DNA of 42,306 nucleotides from Halocafeteria seosinensis (GCA_001687465.1 LVLI01000013.1:62001-104306), one strand, 5' to 3'; positions 12,488 through 24,751 are shown, numbered from the stretch's first letter. Numbers and translations: made by a program. Notes: generated from the letters alone by a model not told the origin.

Positions 12488-12901
12488 GACAGATAGCCCA
12501 CCGACGAAAGCGATCGACAGGATTGTTGTGTCTTGGATTTTAGTGCGCCAAGCAAGGAATCATTTGAGAGAATACATGTACTTCGACTGCAGATGATCCA
12601 TAATTATGCTATCGAGTCCCTTTGCATGAGAGTAGCGTCAATATACACACATACAACACTGCTGCATGAATGTGTTGTATGACAGCCAATAGGGACACAG
12701 TACCGGCGGACTGTACCGCCACGCTGCGTCAACTTCAAGCAATCCAGTGTCATTGGTTGGACCATGGCACAAGCTATTGCGTATCAGCTATTGTCGAGCT
12801 TACCAAATTCGATGATGCACTATCATCATCTGAGAGTCAGTGGAGAGCTGCATGAAAGTATGTGTGTTTTGCTCAAGGAAGACTGAGAGTAAGGTGGGAC
12901 A

Positions 12902-15719
12902 ATGCAGGAACGTCATCAAGTCCATATTGACCATGCGGGATGGATGTGGAAGAGTCCTCCACAAGCACATGATGCGGACAAGAAAGACACGTTCAGACGT
13001 CGCGTGACGAAAGCTGTCAATTCTCTCCGACAGCGCTTTATCCCGGCACATCACTTCAAAAAGCGCTACTTCGTGCTGGACGGCAACACGCTGTATTACT
13101 TCAAGGATGAATCCTTGTATGCTCTTAGTGGTTCGATTGACCTCGGAACTGTTTTGCGCGTTGTGCCGTACACAGAGACGGACACGCTGTGGGCAGGAGC
13201 TCCTCCGTTCGCGATACAGATAGTCACAGATGCGCGTGTCTTCATTGTGATCCCATTTTCCTTGGAGGAGCAGAATGAATGGCTGCGGCGCTTGGGAGCA
13301 ATCATTCGCGCCGGACAACGCCAGGGTCTCTTGGCGAAGTCACTACGAGGAAAGGTTTGGGAGCAACACATGACTTCGAAGAAGAACTACCAGATTGCAA
13401 GAAAAAGTACTATATCCGGCGGAAGTGGAGCACGACGCAGCACCGTAACAGGAGCCGGTATCGCTTCAGACAATTCGGAATCGGAAGCAGACAATGGCGA
13501 TGCAGAGGAACTTCCTCCTTCTCATGAGGGGAACCGTTATACTATAGATGGTTTCCCATCCCTCCAAGGTATGGAAGAAGGCGACTCCGAAACTGGCGGC
13601 GCTATGTCTGGGGGAGCTGGCGGAAGGACACGGAACCATTCTCTAGTGATTTCTTTGGCGGAAAATGAATTAGCTGAAGAAGACGAAGATTCTTGGGAAG
13701 TTCTGAGCGGGAATGTTGATATAACAAAGACTACGATGTGTTCACAGAAGAGGCTGGGGCATATACCAATCTTCGATGTACTCAACCGTAGCGCGGTTGG
13801 TGCCGCCGCCGGGGCATGTTCTGTGTCTGTTCAACGGATGAGGTCCCTCGTGGATGTGTTATACCAGCACCGTTTGTTTGACGATTCTTCGCATTTGTAC
13901 CAGGAGCTTCGGGATATGAGCTCCCACCAGCAAGCTTTGTGGGTAGTGCTGGTTAAGCAGGTTGACATGCTGCTGTACGAACAGAAGACTCTCACACCTC
14001 AGCCTAATACCAAACCATCTGAGTTCGCCAGGCACAATGAGAGGTCAGAAGTAATAAAGGAGCTTATTCAAAGCGGTTCTCTAGAAGTCGTTCCTTGCGG
14101 AACTGTAATCAAACCAGCAAGTAGCATAGAACGAACGGCTAACACTGTCATACAATTGCCGGTGGCGACTCTCAAACAAGATAGTGTTAATATTTTACTT
14201 CATGGACGCGTAAGAGTTAGTTTGGTCTTCGTGCAGTTGGCGGATGACGCAGGAGCACATACCGTCCCGAAACGGCGCTTGACGACATATGGAAGCACAG
14301 ACCTACCTGTGTATGTGGCAGAACCGGACTCTACGGAAATTTCCAGTGCATCGATCATCATCCGTCCAAGTGACAACCTCCACGGAACGAGTGGAATGGG
14401 TAGAAGCAGTACTCACCCGTTCAATCGTCCAGCAGATTCCGGAAAGCATGACTCAGCCCTTGGAAACTGCTACTGGTTGGAAATAACTGCTAACGCCGGC
14501 CCAGTAGTCCTGTCACATCAGAGCATTATGGAATCTTTCACAGGCTCTAGGGAGGGCAGCCATGGCTCTAGTACAGGGAATGTCCATGTCGTAGAGATTG
14601 CCGCTGTTGAACCTAGTTTTGTGTTGAGTCTTGACAGCGCCATGGCTCAGGCGAAGGTTCCACCTCTGAGTCTCCGTCATTTATGTCGGCCGTTTATTCC
14701 TGAGCAGATCATTTCGAGTATTCCGTCATTTTTTGCTGCTTACGGACTACTAGATTCAGCAGGATGCCCTCTTTACGATGCGCATGGCGAACTGGCAGCT
14801 CTCTTATCATACGCAGGAAAATTTGTCAGACTGGGCCCCGGGGAAACACTTTTTCAAGCTGGAGATTGGGGAGATTCTTGTTACGTAATTTTAGAGGGGA
14901 CAATGGGCATAAGTTCCTTGAACCCTGGAACTGGGGAACATCAGCTATTGGGTGTCAAGTCCAAAGGCTCCTGTGTTGGAGAGGTTTCGCTTGCTTGTCC
15001 CAGTGTTCGATATTACAACGCCGTAGCACTGTCCCCAGTATTTCTGCTAAGATTTTTCCACGGCACCGTTCGCACTTTGTTTTCACAAAAGCCGACTTTA
15101 TGGAGAAAGCTATGCGACTGTATGTCGTGGCGAGAGCCTTCACACGTAGTACGTCTTCCTGTGTTATCGCATCTATGCTCTGGACAAGGCGAAGCTATTC
15201 GCTTGGCGCCGCTCACTGAGTTTTTTAAGCCTATCGTGCTGAGTAGAGGGCAATCTCGGGAAAAATATTGCAAACTGGCTAGTACCCTGGAACAGTTCGA
15301 GTTCGATCGAAATGAACATCTCATTGTCAACGCTGGTGGGAAAGTGGGACACACTACCAATGGAACCGTAGAGCATGTATGTCTTTCTGTTGATAAATCA
15401 TGTTGATAAATCTGGTATATATTTTTCTGGAGCAATTGTTCGTCATGGCTTGCAGGTCGACAGTGGCGAGTGGATAGGCGGTCGATCATTCCTCAAGAAA
15501 TTTGCTGGCAGGGAGCAACATAGCCGTGTGGAACTAGTAGCCACGGCGATAACAGGAGTAGTCTTCGTGCTCGAAGCCAGTGTTGTAAGACGGTGGCTCC
15601 GTGTCGTACCAGGAGGGTATCGTCGACTTCAGACGTGGGAGCGTGATTCTTCGTTGCCTTGCCAAGTTACATCGTCCTCAAATCAGTGTAAGGAAGGAAT
15701 ATCTGCGGCTCAAAGCTGA
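12902..15719 (+). CDS. PH domain + cyclic nucleotide-binding domain protein (2 exons)
   Basis: N-terminal PH domain: HAGWMWK...FKKRYFVLDGNTLYYFKDE...GSIDL...EEQNEWLRRL. cNMP domain: LGPGETLFQAGDWGDSCYVILEG...GSCVGEVSL...VRYYNAVA. Intron gtatgt...ttgcag (~15377-15456) continues in frame into VDSGEWIGGRSF (degenerate second cNMP-like domain), stop at 15719. Confidence 0.8.
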
Positions 15720-15790
15720 CAAAATTCCGCAAGGTGCTGGCATAGCTTTGGGATACAGCGTATGTGATGTTAAAGACCAGCTACACGAAC

Positions 15791-15792
<2 letters not shown>

Positions 15793-15828
<36 letters not shown>
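15793..15828. repeat. (GA)18 microsatellite
   Basis: Directly visible. Confidence 0.97.
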
Positions 15829-15832
<4 letters not shown>

Positions 15833-16137
15833 TGAGGGGGAACGAATGCGACAATGCGTCTTGTTTCTGAAGAGAAAGATATCGCGACGGTTCATGACGT
15901 TCCCGGGAACGAAATCATCAAGCCTCTACCCAGTTTCCTTTGGACGTCTGGCAAAAATAGTAGTTCTCCGCACTGACTGAGCATGTTGGGGAGGTGCTAT
16001 TCATTTAGGCGAACACGTTGTGCCATACACCTCTAGCGTAACCTCATGATAGGGTACTTAATGCTTCGCGGAGTGCAAACTCTATATGATCTCTCCGTTC
16101 ATTCGAAGAAAGTATGTCTATTAATCAGTGCGCTTCA

Positions 16138-18077
16138 TCATTTCTGCTCCAATGAGGGGTACCTCATTTTGGTGATCTCATCGTCTTCGACATCCACAGG
16201 CACATTTCGAACAAGACTAAAGTGTCCCCTGATGGCTGCATAAGACGACGCAATTCGGACGTCGAGTCCGTTTGTGGATTTGTTGTCATTGTTTGGACGT
16301 GGGTTGGCGTCTTCTGGATTGCCAGACAGCAATTTATTGGTGGCAATAGCATCTCTAATCACTTGTATCCGTTCCTCGACCAAAGACTGGTAATGTTGAA
16401 ATACTGATTGTGCAGCTTTGTTCACGGCTTCGATAGCCTTGTCAATTTGGCTCTCACTCAAGGCTGCTGAGACCAACATCTTTAGCGTTGGTTCAGGAGC
16501 TAAAGAGTCAGTGGCAAGATAGCGGGAATGCGTGATAAGAACTCCGTGATCTATTGCAACATCTCTTACCGCTGTAAGAACATCCTGAGATTCCCGGTAC
16601 ATAACATGAGCAACCGCTTCTTCAAAAGTAGATACTGAGATGCCATTGTCCCCATATAATCTGCATTTAGCTTCTGGAATATGCGATGACTTAGCAAATA
16701 TAGATGTGGAACCCGTAATGGTATCTTCAAACCCTGATACTGCATATCTTCCATGAGTCAGAGTGGTACCAGTGGGAGCGCTGTCGTCGTTTTTGGACTT
16801 AACTTCTTTCATGCGGTTCCGACGGAGGAAGTTAGCAGGCGCGTCCCACTCCAGTTGAGTAAGCATTTTCGAGATGTCACCGACGAGCTTCCTTAAGGAA
16901 CCTGAAATTGATAAGTGGACGATAGGGGAGATCTCACAGCTCCTTAAGCAGAGTATTGAATCGTTTCCATCTTCGGTAGAAAAGACAGTCGCACACTTCT
17001 GGTGAACGTTTTTACACTTCGAGCGTAGACCAGTTAAAATGCTTGGGTCTTTTTCTACTATTTCAAGAGACTTCTGGGCGACTGCACAGAGGAATGGGGG
17101 GCAAGATGCGGAAAAGCAATACCCAGCGCCGGAAAGGCGCTGATGGTCCACAACTTCTCTGTTCCCAACACAGAAGCCCCCAACACTAGCCATAGAATTC
17201 GACAGAGATCCCAGCAAAACATCAATATCGTTAATAGACAGACTGAAATGCTCAACAGTGCCCCTTCCGGTATTTCCGAGCACACACCATCCGCAACTGT
17301 CATCCACAATCAGTCTGACGTTGTACTTATCCTTGAGTTCCACAATTTTATCCAGGGGACAAATATCTCCATGGTTCGCGTAAAGTCCTTCTACAACGAT
17401 GAATCTTCTTTGTTCGGTACTAATCTTCCGCTTCTTGTGTGCTTCGCGCACTTCTCTCAGCACCCGCTCCAAGTCGTCGGTGTCGTTATGTTCAAAGAAA
17501 AGTACTTTACCACGGCTGAGCCTACAGCCATTCTGCACAGCGTGATTAACTCCACTATCCACAATCAACAGATCTCCTCGTTTGGCAAATGCTGGTATAG
17601 CGGATACAACAGTGGATGTGGCATCGCTGTAAGTAATACTCTCTGGTGTCCCCATAAAGCGAGCTATTGCATCCTCAAGCTGCGTTAGCATAGCACAGCA
17701 ATGTGGACGTTTCCACAAAGTCTTAGGACGGGCTATAGATAAATACACAAACCTGGAGGTGTTTATCTGTTGTACCATAAAATCCACGCGGACCACAACT
17801 TCCACAGGTATACGTTTCCAGGACTGCTGCAGCTTCTTTTTTCAAGTCTTCGTGCGACCCTAGTCCTAAAAAATCTGATGATGCCAGGTTCAGCAGTTGC
17901 CCTTGGACTCCTTCCGTTTCAATATGCACACCATCTTTAGAGTACTTGGTTATGACCACCGGTGTCGGGTGACTCTTTTGCTTGGGGTTAACTGTCTTTG
18001 AAAATGCAGGAGGAACTGTACTCCGAATGGGAAAGATCAAGAAGTCGAAAATACATAGGAAAAAAGAGCATATATAT

Positions 18078-18120
<43 letters not shown>

Positions 18121-18536
18121 CTTCTCTTTCGTTTAGGACGTACCTAGCGGCTCTGGTTCCCACTCATCGATAACCCTTTGTACTTCATGTTCCGATAACT
18201 TTTGCGTATGGCTTCCTCTGATCCATTTTAAACACATTTACGTATATAGAGCAATTGCAGTTGATTAGAAGACTTGTACGCGACATCGGACTTACTTCTT
18301 GGATGGATCATAGGAGCGCTTGACAAACACTATGTACAAGACCAAGATTATCAAGGCAGTCTCGATGAAGATGTGCACGGGAGCTCGCTCATATTCCGTC
18401 TTCCACCATCTGCATCCAACATAGGTGTTTCTTGCCCTCGTAAGATCGGTCGAAGGTTGGCTTGGTCGACATACTCTATATAATGCGATGGCAGCTGCAG
18501 CACCCAGTTCCAGCTCTCTTGTAAAGCCATGTTCAT
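16138..18536 (-). CDS. LCB1: Serine palmitoyltransferase subunit 1 (LCB1/SPTLC1), multi-exon
   Basis: Spliced product MNMALQESW...HIFIETALIILVLYIVFVKRSY...VIDEWEPEPL...LNLASSDFLGL...CGSCGPRGFYGTTDKHL/QLEDAIARFMG...IPAFAKRGDLL...HQRLSGAGYCFSASCPP. The PLP-lysine position reads Asn (GSLSNSMASVGGF), as expected for LCB1 rather than LCB2. Confidence 0.93.
18082..18117. repeat. (AG)18 microsatellite inside an LCB1 intron, next to a short (AT)n run
   Basis: Directly visible. Confidence 0.95.
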
Positions 18537-18857
18537 TTTCCCCGACCACGCTATCCAGCACCACTATCTATAAACAATCTTGCTTATTCTCTTCCAATAA
18601 ATAGATAACGTATGAACACAATGCGCACACTTCCAATAGAAATATGGGCTTTACAAGCCTTTACCTGTAGCTTTTCCCGGCGGACAGCCCGTGCCCCGGC
18701 GCAAAGCCCGGCTATTGAACACCATACCGTACTGGCCTACTTCCCATCGTAGTATACTACTTGTTAAGAGCGTCCCTTCTCATGGAAGGTAGAGAGCCGA
18801 GGTTTGGAACTGCTCCTGAATTTACTAATTCATAAATCAGCAACAAGAACGGAAACA

Positions 18858-19639
18858 ATGGTAAGCTAAAGTCACTTCGAGGTGGTTGTGCTACCTCCCT
18901 GATTGCAAGCGGCACAAGTATGCCAGCCATTCGTGGTTTATCATGTTTTGATGTTGAGTGAGTCCTAACATGGTCATTTATGGCCAGATAAAAGCATTAC
19001 GAAGACCTCAAGGGGGTTGGCTGCTGGAGGGTGTCATCTCGCCCCCTGGTACCAGCTTGGCAGGGACGATGAAGGGAGGTGGTGGTCCCGACCCCTTTTT
19101 GTAGTTTACCCAGGGGAGGAACACAGCAATGGCATGATAGTTGGCATTATTTAAGGCGTATTCTTCGGTTATTGGCCTTGCTAATTGTCCTCACGTTATA
19201 TTGACCTGCTTTTTCTGTGCAGCCAAAGCAAGTCCGCGATATCAAGGAATTCTTGAACATTGCTCGCCGGCAAGATGCCAAATGTATGTAGAATTGAGGA
19301 GTTGGAAACACTGTGCGCTGCCGAAAGAAACAGCATGCCTAGTTGCGATATGTGTTTTGGGGCTAATCAACGTGACGATTTGGTTCCGTTGTTGTGTCTT
19401 GCAGCCGTCAAGATTAAAAAGAGCGACAATGTCTGCAAGTTCAAGATCCGATGCACAAGAGTATGTAATTAGAGACCTGAGATATTTGGGGAAGCGTATT
19501 TGACTCTTTTTGTGTGGTTTTGCTCCCATTGATACAGTACTTGTATACATTATGTGTAAAAGATCAGCAAAAAGCAGACAAACTGAAAATTTCGCTCCCG
19601 CCAGGACTGCAGCGACTAGAACTTGATAAGAAAGCATAA
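18858..19639 (+). CDS. RPL38: 60S ribosomal protein eL38 (4 exons; not in the ORF track)
   Basis: Exons 18858-18860 (ATG only), 19223-19283, 19405-19460 and 19538-19639, all GT-AG, give [73 protein letters not shown]. Confidence 0.95.
18921..19126 (+). ncRNA. Candidate intronic box H/ACA-like RNA in RPL38 intron 1
   Basis: Hairpin (gccat/atggc, atcatgtt/aacatggt), then AGATAA (ANANNA H box) at 18986-18991, a GC-rich 3' domain with an 11 bp stem (19010-19020/19088-19098), and ACA at 19121-19123. Confidence 0.35.
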
Positions 19640-19907
19640 GTAGCGTAAGATATAAGATTGAATGAAGAAATGATAGAAGAGGCCCAATGATTATTAGGGT
19701 TCTTCACAAATCATGTTTGTGGGAAAGCTATTCTGTGCAAGGGATACTACGATGGAGTCGTGAACAATATACATGCACTCCTGTCAAGATTCAATTTAGC
19801 ATCTACACCCTGCTGATTTCGCTGTTCGGCGTCCTCCAAGGCGTTTTTAAACGCCCACGAAATAGCTTAGTGATGAAGATCAAATTCAGTTCAGCAAGCT
19901 ATTCTGT

Positions 19908-20296
19908 CTACTCTTGATGAGGATGGTCTGCAGCTGCCTGGAATGGTCCCATGTTCGGGGGATATTTATACACCAGTCCTCCTAAGACAACCAAGAGGTA
20001 CTGGATATATTCATGAAGCATAAAAAATACGGCAAACATAATGAACAAGATCATCGCCGTGAAAACCACCTGCATCAAGCACAAGTTGAACCACCAGCTG
20101 TGGTGTACCGGACTAGGACGTGGCCGACCAAAAATAAGATACTAACCTGTAGAAGTTTCCATAGGTATTCCCCAGCTATTCGCATTCCTTCTCCAACACC
20201 ATTATACAATTTGGTGACGAATGATTCCACATGCTGGTGAATATAGAACATAAACGCCGCCAGTATCACTACGGGGACATTGCTCGTCGCCACCAT
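19908..20296 (-). CDS. Small (103 aa) hydrophobic membrane protein of unknown function, 2 coding exons
   Basis: Exons 20296-20147 and 20069-19908 (gttagt...tgcag intron) give MVATSNVPVVILAAFMFYIHQH...YLWKLLQ/VVFTAMILFIMFAVFFMLHEYIQYLLVVLGGLVYKYPP...HPHQE*. Confidence 0.6.
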
Positions 20297-20812
20297 TTTG
20301 TGTTGACTGGGGTAATTCCAACGCCACTAAAGACCGCTTCACTCTATATTTCGAGTCTAGTAACTGAATTGACTCGTTTTCTTCTGCTGGAGGCGGAAAT
20401 AGCCTTCTGAAACAGAAATCAACGGCTTAGCGGGTGGGGCTTTTCTTACCTGGCATGCAGCGATGTGGATAACGATCACGAGCAAGGTGCTGTTGTGTAG
20501 AAGGTTCGGAAGATTTCCAAATATAATAAATCCTTTCAGCTTGTTGAATGCGTTTCTTCTCACAATACAAAAGCCATTGGAAAGTTAACTTAAATCCTAC
20601 ACAGTCGCGATCCCGCAATAAGCGCGCGGGGTCGGCGACTCACCATTCTGGCTTCACATTGTGTAGAATCATCAACCACTGGAGTACCCAAAATTACCAT
20701 GATTTGAAGGTACAGTATGAACATACACTTCTGATTTTGTTCCAAGGCTCGATCCTGCTGATTATTCCCAGTCTGTGTGTAGTTGGAACAGGCAACCCGT
20801 AATTTAGTGGAA

Positions 20813-21794
20813 ATGCAGGAAAAGCTTGCTTTTGGCGTTGCTATCGCAACAGCACTATGCATGCTCTTGCTCCATGAAGCGCATGCAGAGTCAGGCGTAG
20901 ACGACAGTGGTAACTATGACGCAACACAGGGATTCACTCCAGCTGTTACTGAAGCCTTGGCAGGCCCTTGGAGAGGCTATTATGTTCGCCATGACACAGG
21001 GTATCGCGCTCCTGCATATTTTAATTTTAGCTCTCTTGTAGGAGGATCGGATAAGAGTGTCCTACGTAGCTCAGTGTTAATCAAGGAGGAGGACAGGAAA
21101 CTGAGACGTACGGTGAGTAGAACTCTGTCATGCACTGTGTACTTCTTGGGATGGGTTATGGTGAACTTGCAGCATGAGTGGTTCGTGCGAGCTACGGGAA
21201 ATTGGTCAGTGTCCATTTCAGAGAGAAGGATAAGTTCATTAGAGTATGTTGCACAAGCCAAAGATGAACATCTTCTCTCAGTGGGAGACATAACTCAGTC
21301 GACAGATTGGCTTCATTTGACGCTTGAGGACATCGGAGGAAGTAAGTAAAGTCGGCAAGGTACGCACGAGGTGGCCATACAATCCCTTTCTCCGACTTTA
21401 CCCAGGTGTTATGACCTCTAGTGGCATTGCGAATTCCAAGACTGAGCATAACGAAGTCATGCTATTCAGTATGTTCATGTACATTCCGAACGAAGGTGAC
21501 AGAAATGCCAGAATGGAGCGAAGAAGGTTACTCTTGACGACAATAAGCTCTCAGGGGCAAGCACTCTCCACCTATTCATTATTTCGTAGAGCCAAGAAAT
21601 CAGAAAGCTTTTTGAGCACTTACAGATGGCCCCTTCTTATTGTTGTTTGGCTTGCATTTATGGTTGCGAAGGTGTACATGAGACAGTCGCTCACCCCCGA
21701 GTCGGCGTCAGCCAAACGAAAGGCCCCTATAAGGAAACGGGAACCCGGGTCTGCAGCTCGGGAGAAGCAAGATGACTCGAAGAAAGACAAGTAA
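20813..21794 (+). CDS. Type I membrane protein with signal peptide and C-terminal dilysine (KKXX) motif, unknown function
   Basis: Signal-like start MQEKLAFGVAIATALCMLLLHEAHA; GT-AG introns near 21113-21172 and 21342-21405; TM segment WPLLIVVWLAFMVAKVYM; ends SKKDK*. Confidence 0.65.
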
Positions 21795-21995
21795 CCATGA
21801 CGCAAGTGGTACGAAACACAAAGTGCTCCGAAATAATGCTATAGTGGTATTGTGAAGGCGAAGTTTATTACACTTTGAAGCAATCTCCAGACGAAGCCAC
21901 CAACTTATCGAAACTGGAGACAAAGCATTCCAGCGTAGTTAGCAGCATTAACTTTGGGCTGTTGGCGTGTTCACGTCCTCTAAAGTTTGTGCGTC

Positions 21996-22533
21996 TTAAA
22001 ATCGGAGGCGACGGAAAAAGTATTTGGCACCGGTGAGGGCCTTCTCGTTCTTGGCGTCTCCCATATGCAAGTAACGCTGTTCAAAAATAGACCGCACTTG
22101 ACGTCTGGCCTTGGTTTTCATCTCAGCATTCGTTAATGTTTCGTCACCAATGGTCTGCTTCATTTGATCAACTACATCCAAAGTATAACGAGTTGGCATC
22201 ATATGGTTGAAGTTGACACATTTTACGAAGGGACGAATCCGGCTCCTTTTGCCAATCTTGTTCGTTTTGTTGCGTTGATCCGCTTTCTGCATAGCTCTAG
22301 TAATCTTTCGAGGGCCTTCGTCGATACCAGCTACGATTGCATGGCCAAATTTCCGGTCGCCGTGTCCTTCTTCATGTGCACGAACGATCACTGCTTTTTT
22401 GCCAGCATGTCGTCCTTGCAACAGAACTACAATGCGGCCACTTTTTAAACTGCACACACATACATGAAGTTCGTATATGCGCAAAGAGTGCCATTATCAC
22501 GCCAACCAACATCGGTACTTACAACTTCCCCAT
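21996..22533 (-). CDS. RPL27: 60S ribosomal protein eL27 (2 coding exons)
   Basis: Exon 22533-22523, intron 22522-22450, exon 22449-21996 give MGKFLKSGRIVVLLQGRHAGKKAVIV...RPFVKCVNFNHMMPTRYTLD...YFFRRLRF*. Confidence 0.97.
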
Positions 22534-23188
22534 CGTCTCCTACTCTGGACAGTCTGCACACTAATACCGGCAAAGGAGAAAGTATACTTTCCTCTGCACA
22601 AAAACAAGGACGGATATGACATTAAAGTAACAGAAAAGCGAATATGGGCAGGTTCTTGCGTCCAGGCATTGCTGAACAATCTGCCAAAAAGTATAGGGAT
22701 GACGTCTCCCCTTTACACCCCCCAGGACAGAATCCCAAAAAAGGTCAGGCATTCCCCAGGCCGCCCTGCTGTTCACCTGCTGACCCCCAAGACCGTGTTT
22801 AAGTTTTCGAGCAGAATATTGCGGCATCATAGGGATGTTCCCATAGAAGGCAACTTACTTACTTCCTATATACAGACAGAGAGTCTTGTATCGCCAAAAC
22901 TTCGCCTTTATATGGGTGCTGAACTGGTGTCACTGGTGCTTCGATCTATCCGAGCAAACAAAAGTTTCAGTTTGAGGCTGACTCAGTGAAAGGAAAGAAA
23001 ATCGCCTCGGCCAACTTCAAGAATCCATTGAAGCTGCTAACGGCTACCAACGCCGTTCATTCGATTCCTGTTATGGATATTGTGTATGCATTTGTGGGAA
23101 GGTGTCACCCAACGCGGCGAGCTTTATACAGAAACTATCAAGTCACAGAGGAATTCTTGGAAACTCCGTTAGTGGATACAAAGGCAAG

Positions 23189-24751
23189 ATGTCGAGCCTG
23201 AACAATGTGGCGCCCACAGCCGCTTCCGGAGGACGATCCAAGCGACTACCCGAAGGCTTTCCACAGCTACTGAAAGATGTAACCCGCGAGATATTACGGA
23301 ACTATCCCCGTGAGGAAGGCGGACAGCAACCGCCCGAGGATCCGGAGAAATGGATTTATGAATTTGCTGCGAACCACTTAAAGCAGCAACATGTGACGAG
23401 TGAACGAGGAGTCGATGCGAGCTCATATCCCTCAGGCGAGGAAGACCAGCAACAGCAGCGGCAGCAGGAAATCGCTAATCACTTATTCTCTATGTTCCAA
23501 GACGCTGATGAAGCGGAAGTCGGCGAACTTCATTGTCTCCAGTTCCAGGATACTTTGCGCACTTTGCTGGATGAGTTGAACCTGCCGGAATGGGTGCTGA
23601 ATATATTGTTAGAGGAGGCTGACGAAAATGAAAATCAAAGGATACAATATAAAGGTAAAAGTGCTTATTGTCGATATTGTTGGCTTATCGTCGTTTAGTA
23701 GGTGTCCTGCCATGTTTGCAGAATTCATCCCTGCGGCTGTCCCACTTCTCGAGCAGGCCATAACTTCCTTATCACCGTTAACGGTAAACGAGGACGACAA
23801 AGATGTGCTATTTCTCCACGGACTCTCGCAATTACAGTTCGAAAACGCCCTCAGAGGCATATTTGAACATGTTGATACAGAAAACACGGGCGCAATTCCA
23901 AGGAATCACGTCAGTGTCGTTTTGCGTGAGGCTGGGTTAGGGTTAACACGACAAGAAATCAATGGCATCATGGGACTCAGCACAGACGGTAAGCATCCTC
24001 TTCTTGTTTGAGCTTCGATCAAGTACAAGAGAACAGTATGAGGCTCCGTACTGTTGATGCAGAAAACTTGGACTACGGTTCGCTGTGCGATGCTGCAATC
24101 GATATTTGTATTGGTGCTCTTCATAGATTGTACGCGCGCAATCTTCTCCCACACGATACAACGCATGTAGCAAATGCCCTAATTCCATTTCTAGGGCAGT
24201 TTGATGAAGCTCAAACAGGAAGGCTTCCTGTAGACACTGTGATCCAAATTATTGATGGTGCTGACCTATCTCTCTCTAACGTTCAGCTTCACGCCGTATG
24301 CGGAACATCGCTTGTGGATGGTAATGGATTTGTAGATTATCAGCAGCTTGTAGAGCAATGTGCCGATTATATCGTGACAGCAATTCGGCTCCAGACCGAT
24401 AAACGGACCGCTGAACAATTATCGCAGTTGCGCGAACAGGAGCAGTTCCAGCAAATATCTGGGATGAACTACGATGACTTCATGGAGTGGTTGAGCGACC
24501 GCGCGAAGTCTTTAGGAAAAGACGAAACATCTTCTATGGAAATTTCAGCACTGAAGCAACTGCTCTCTGAGGAGTTGGGCTTAGACGAGGGAACTATTCA
24601 GTCAGTAATATCTATTGCAAAGAACGCGACAAAAGCTGAGACGGAAGATGCAAGCACAGAAGGGGACTTCATACACATTAGCGCGCTTATAGACCATGCC
24701 GCCGACGTCGTACTGGCTAGGCAAGAATTGGAGTCCTTAACCAAATTGTAA
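23189..24751 (+). CDS. RIIa (D/D) domain + EF-hand protein, radial spoke protein 7-like (3 exons)
   Basis: RIIa-like LPEGFPQLLKDVTREILR...IYEFAANHL followed by EF-hand-like loops (DENENQRIQYKE, DTENTGAIPR, DEAQTGRLPVD, DGNGFVDYQQ); GT-AG introns near 23654-23720 and 23988-24062. Confidence 0.75.

Noticed and set aside
12211..12596. ORFs with HTHT/VCVC runs (also RERE/SLSL runs near 15800 and 18100)
   Set aside because: Translations of microsatellites.
19141..19637. ORF-track ORFs 19141..19503 (+) and 19242..19637 (-)
   Set aside because: They are by-products of the spliced RPL38 gene.
20445..20490. U1 snRNA-like cttacctggca...gatcacga..aaggtg
   Set aside because: No loop II (ATTGCAC) or Sm site follows. 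It is better explained as the reverse complement of a minus-strand donor (cag|gtaaga) in the 5' UTR of the gene starting at 20296.
22477..22989. 170 aa plus-strand ORF
   Set aside because: Antisense to the RPL27 5' region, with no recognisable motif.
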